A DNA stretch of 64,000 nucleotides from a bacterium (GTDB lineage: Bacteria > Hinthialibacterota > Hinthialibacteria > Hinthialibacterales > Hinthialibacteraceae), in contig CAXXMV010000002.1 in assembly GCA_963662285.2 (NCBI GenBank), positions 576,001 to 640,000 on the forward strand, read 5' to 3'. The notes beneath the pieces are model-generated. The model saw nothing but the letters and a program-made list of their open reading frames with translations, was not told the origin of the DNA and made no database searches. The position numbers and the translations under genes were made by a program. Positions 61,400 to 64,000 of the stretch are shown in pieces. Each line of letters opens with the position of its first letter. Position 1 is the stretch's first letter.

Positions 61400-62551
61400 C
61401 TAATGCTTTTGCCAGGAATCTACTTCTGATTCGAGTTTGGTGATGTGGATGCTTCCGCCTCTGCCGTAATCGTTGTATTCGACAAACCTTTCGATTAAGT
61501 AGGGAACGCCATCAACTTTGTGGATAAAATGAAGGGGCGTCTCATCAGCCTCAACTGGCTCTAACGTTTCCGGATTATAAGCCTGTATGTTCAATTTATA
61601 GTTTTCGTTTTCATATTTAAGATCAAAATCCCACAATAAGCCTCTCCAATATTTTGGAGAATGACCAGAAGGATAAAATGGTTTTGTGATAGGTATTTCA
61701 GAGATTTTCTGTAATGGATATAGAGAATAATATTCTAGTTTTTCTTGATTGACTCTATCTGGAGAGATATAGTAAAAATAACCTTCTGGATTGAAAGGGA
61801 AATAGGAACCTGCATCAAAATCATGTTTTATTACAATCTCGCCAGAGTTAAGATCCATCTTCCATATTTGAGGCGGTAATCCCATATCTTTTTTTAAGTC
61901 TAGACTGCCTCCATTCATAGTGATGTAATCGGCAAGAACAAGGTGATCTTTTTCTTCAACAACTCCAATCCCATAAATTCCAAAACCGTCTAAGGGGAAT
62001 GATGATTCAATCCACCCGTATTTATCGTAAATATAAACATGGGAAATATTATGATCATTTGGATCATCTTCAATAATGTTATCATAAGAAATAACGACAA
62101 CGATTCTATCATTCCATTTATAAACACCACGGATATCACAACCAATTGATTCCCAAGAGGACGGAAAATATTCAGGATTAATTTTCGGTTGTATAATTTC
62201 CCGCGCAAAATTCACTTTCCCTGAAGATATAGAAATCGAAGTCATAATCTGATCGCTGTTACTTATTACATAGAAAGGATAATTGACTCTGACCGATTCC
62301 ATAACTATCAATGAATCATCAACAATCAGTGGAAATGGATCATAATAATTATAATTTAAACTTGAAATATTTTTGATTGTATCAGGATTAAAAGTATAAA
62401 TCCTCGTATTCCCTTCCGTCTTGGCTTCCAAAGTTGATCTTGGATGAAAATAATCAAATTGCTCTACCCATTCAAAATCTTGAGATAATACGTTATTTGG
62501 AAATACTGAGATACAAACGATACATATTAAAACTTGGAGTCGTTTATTCAT
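61400..62551 (-). CDS. Secreted hypothetical protein (beta-propeller-like) with V-x-x-W tail
   Basis: AGGAG RBS; MNKRLQVLICIVCISVFPNNVLS-Q; AT-rich; ends SEVDSWQKH. Confidence 0.7.
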   Translation of the reverse strand: MNKRLQVLICIVCISVFPNNVLSQDFEWVEQFDYFHPRSTLEAKTEGNTRIYTFNPDTIKNISSLNYNYYDPFPLIVDDSLIVMESVRVNYPFYVISNSDQIMTSISISSGKVNFAREIIQPKINPEYFPSSWESIGCDIRGVYKWNDRIVVVISYDNIIEDDPNDHNISHVYIYDKYGWIESSFPLDGFGIYGIGVVEEKDHLVLADYITMNGGSLDLKKDMGLPPQIWKMDLNSGEIVIKHDFDAGSYFPFNPEGYFYYISPDRVNQEKLEYYSLYPLQKISEIPITKPFYPSGHSPKYWRGLLWDFDLKYENENYKLNIQAYNPETLEPVEADETPLHFIHKVDGVPYLIERFVEYNDYGRGGSIHITKLESEVDSWQKH

Positions 62552-62582
62552 TGTTTTAACTCTCCTATTAAGCTCCCTTCGC

Positions 62583-62611
62583 GTAGGATGGGTCGGCCTT
62601 ATCGACCCATC
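62583..62611 (+). repeat. GTAG-type REP hairpin, copy 2
   Basis: GTAG-GATGGGTCG-gccttat-CGACCCATC; compensatory G:C to A:T change relative to copy 1. Confidence 0.8.
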
Positions 62612-62668
62612 AAAAGACAACCCCAAACATAATTCCACCCATCTAATGCTTTTGCCAGGTGTTTACAA

Positions 62669-63811
62669 TCAATCCGTGATTTCATAAGGTATGATGACCA
62701 TATTTTTACCATTTTTACTAAGAAGGAATTCTGATGAAATTATGTATGAACTGTCTTTATTGATTTTTTCGTCGTAATATTTTCCATTATTATCTTTTTT
62801 GAATAACTTGAAATCCTGGGCTGACAGGTCTATCGTCTCTGCCGCGGAGGAAGGTGGATTGAATCCTGTTGATGCGATCACATTGCCGTCTTCGGACATA
62901 TCCATGCGATCCAGTTTATGAGGCTTAAAACCTAAAAATACAGGTTCACTCCATTCATTCTTCTTCCATTCTATTAATGCAATTCCGTTGTCTTCAGTAT
63001 TGACTAGTAATAAGTTCCCGTTTTTTGCATGATCTATAACTATTGGATTCGTCGCTCCCGAAATTTTCAAGGGCTGCGCCGGTTGCCATTCGTTGCCTTT
63101 ACGATCAGCCCAGAAACTTTTATAGACATTCACGGTTCTTGTGTAATTGCCATAGTCCTTTTTTTCTAAGACGGTTGCATTGATGAATACCCGTTGGCCG
63201 GAAGAATCTATAAAGAGATGTGTTGCCAACTCGACGACTCCAACTTCATGGGGTTTGGAGAAGGTTTTTCCTTCTTTGTCTACGATGCAAATCTTCTCTC
63301 TGCCATCACCGAAGAAATAGGAATAAAGAAAAGTGTTTGCGTTTGAGGAGATATCGAAATGGATCATGCTTTCCAAGGCATGTTCTTTAGGATGGATGTA
63401 TTGCGCCGATAATTCTGTCGTATCTGTATCCATGAAGTTTATATTGGCGTTTTTCTGATCCTGTTGTAGGTAGGACAGAGTTTTTCCTGAGGAATCCAGT
63501 TTCAATTTTACGCCATAAAAATCATGACCGGATATTTCCTTGACTTTGTATTGTCCATTTTGAGTGACGATCAATTTCCCATCGGCTGCAATGACGCTTC
63601 CATCGTTATTGATGTCCGCATAGTTATGATGGGCGGATATTCTGAATTGTAAGTCTGACGATGTTTTATCGCCGATATTTCCTTGTTCAGCGCTTAAGTT
63701 TATTGAAGACATTTTGGAACGCTGTAGTTTTTTTTCAGCTTGAGATGACACCGAGAGAATCAATACGAATGCGGCTGCTAAGCAAATTGGAAAAACAAAT
63801 ATTTTCTTCAT
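62669..63811 (-). CDS. Secreted TolB/WD40-like beta-propeller protein (possibly 3'-truncated)
   Basis: Signal peptide; repeated S.DG-like blades (INNDGS, LDSSGK, IDSSGQ, MSEDGN, LSKNGK). Confidence 0.65.
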   Translation of the reverse strand: MKKIFVFPICLAAAFVLILSVSSQAEKKLQRSKMSSINLSAEQGNIGDKTSSDLQFRISAHHNYADINNDGSVIAADGKLIVTQNGQYKVKEISGHDFYGVKLKLDSSGKTLSYLQQDQKNANINFMDTDTTELSAQYIHPKEHALESMIHFDISSNANTFLYSYFFGDGREKICIVDKEGKTFSKPHEVGVVELATHLFIDSSGQRVFINATVLEKKDYGNYTRTVNVYKSFWADRKGNEWQPAQPLKISGATNPIVIDHAKNGNLLLVNTEDNGIALIEWKKNEWSEPVFLGFKPHKLDRMDMSEDGNVIASTGFNPPSSAAETIDLSAQDFKLFKKDNNGKYYDEKINKDSSYIISSEFLLSKNGKNMVIIPYEITD

Positions 63812-63820
63812 TCTATTCTC

Positions 63821-64000
63821 CTATTTATAATCCTTGTAATTATTGGTTTTAGATTGGCTGGTCAGCAGGTCGTTCAAATCCCACAGATACAACATAGCAT
63901 CATGGCCGCCGGTTATGAATTTCGTACCGTCATGGGAAAAACGTGCAATATTCAAGTCTCCAAGTTTAATGCGTAGTTCGCTATTATGGGAAATGTGAAA
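63821..64000 (-). CDS. C-terminal end of a WD40-repeat protein (5'-truncated by window edge)
   Basis: Manual translation gives ..IARFSHDGTKFITGGHDAMLYLWDLNDLLTSQSKTNNYKDYK*; the stop overlaps the RBS of the next gene. Confidence 0.75.
   Translation of the reverse strand, partial: FHISHNSELRIKLGDLNIARFSHDGTKFITGGHDAMLYLWDLNDLLTSQSKTNNYKDYK

Noticed and set aside
62552-62638. N-terminal extension of the 61400 gene given by the ORF track
   Set aside because: It translates the REP hairpin; the RBS and signal peptide indicate a start at 62551.
61340-62666. CRISPR array or integron attC interpretation of the repeated hairpins
   Set aside because: Only two copies 1.2 kb apart, no cas or intI gene, and no RYYYAAC/GTTRRRY ends; the GTAG + palindrome form fits REP.

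Overview
Bacterial chromosomal window. The expanded NFLNAQ-type prepilin gene and the secreted proteins ending in a V-x-x-W tail suggest a candidate-phylum lineage such as Ca. Hinthialibacterota/OLB16 or a Sumerlaeota relative; this is an inference only. The housekeeping content is a complete F-type ATP synthase operon, icd, mdh, glnB, nadK, tlyA, NDH-2 and RNase P RNA, plus many glycosyltransferase and nucleotide-sugar genes. The accessory content has five parts. (i) Two tandem ~1090-aa secreted multi-lectin-like paralogs, one split by a 2329-bp frameshifting DDE insertion sequence with a 5-bp target duplication. (ii) An intact ~7.6-kb, 12-gene phage-derived head and tail-tip operon with no terminase, portal, tail tube, tape measure, integrase or replication genes, and with two signal-peptide proteins; this is a candidate domesticated GTA-like or capsid-based system. 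(iii) An AbiEi/AbiEii module behind rnpB with a perfect 23-bp inverted-repeat operator. (iv) A mosaic of secreted-protein cassettes sharing a short C-terminal [ST]-x-V-x-x-W tail, a candidate sorting signal that also coincides with apparent recombination junctions and REP hairpins. (v) Several small dispersed repeats. All product calls come from motif recognition by eye; no database searches were run.
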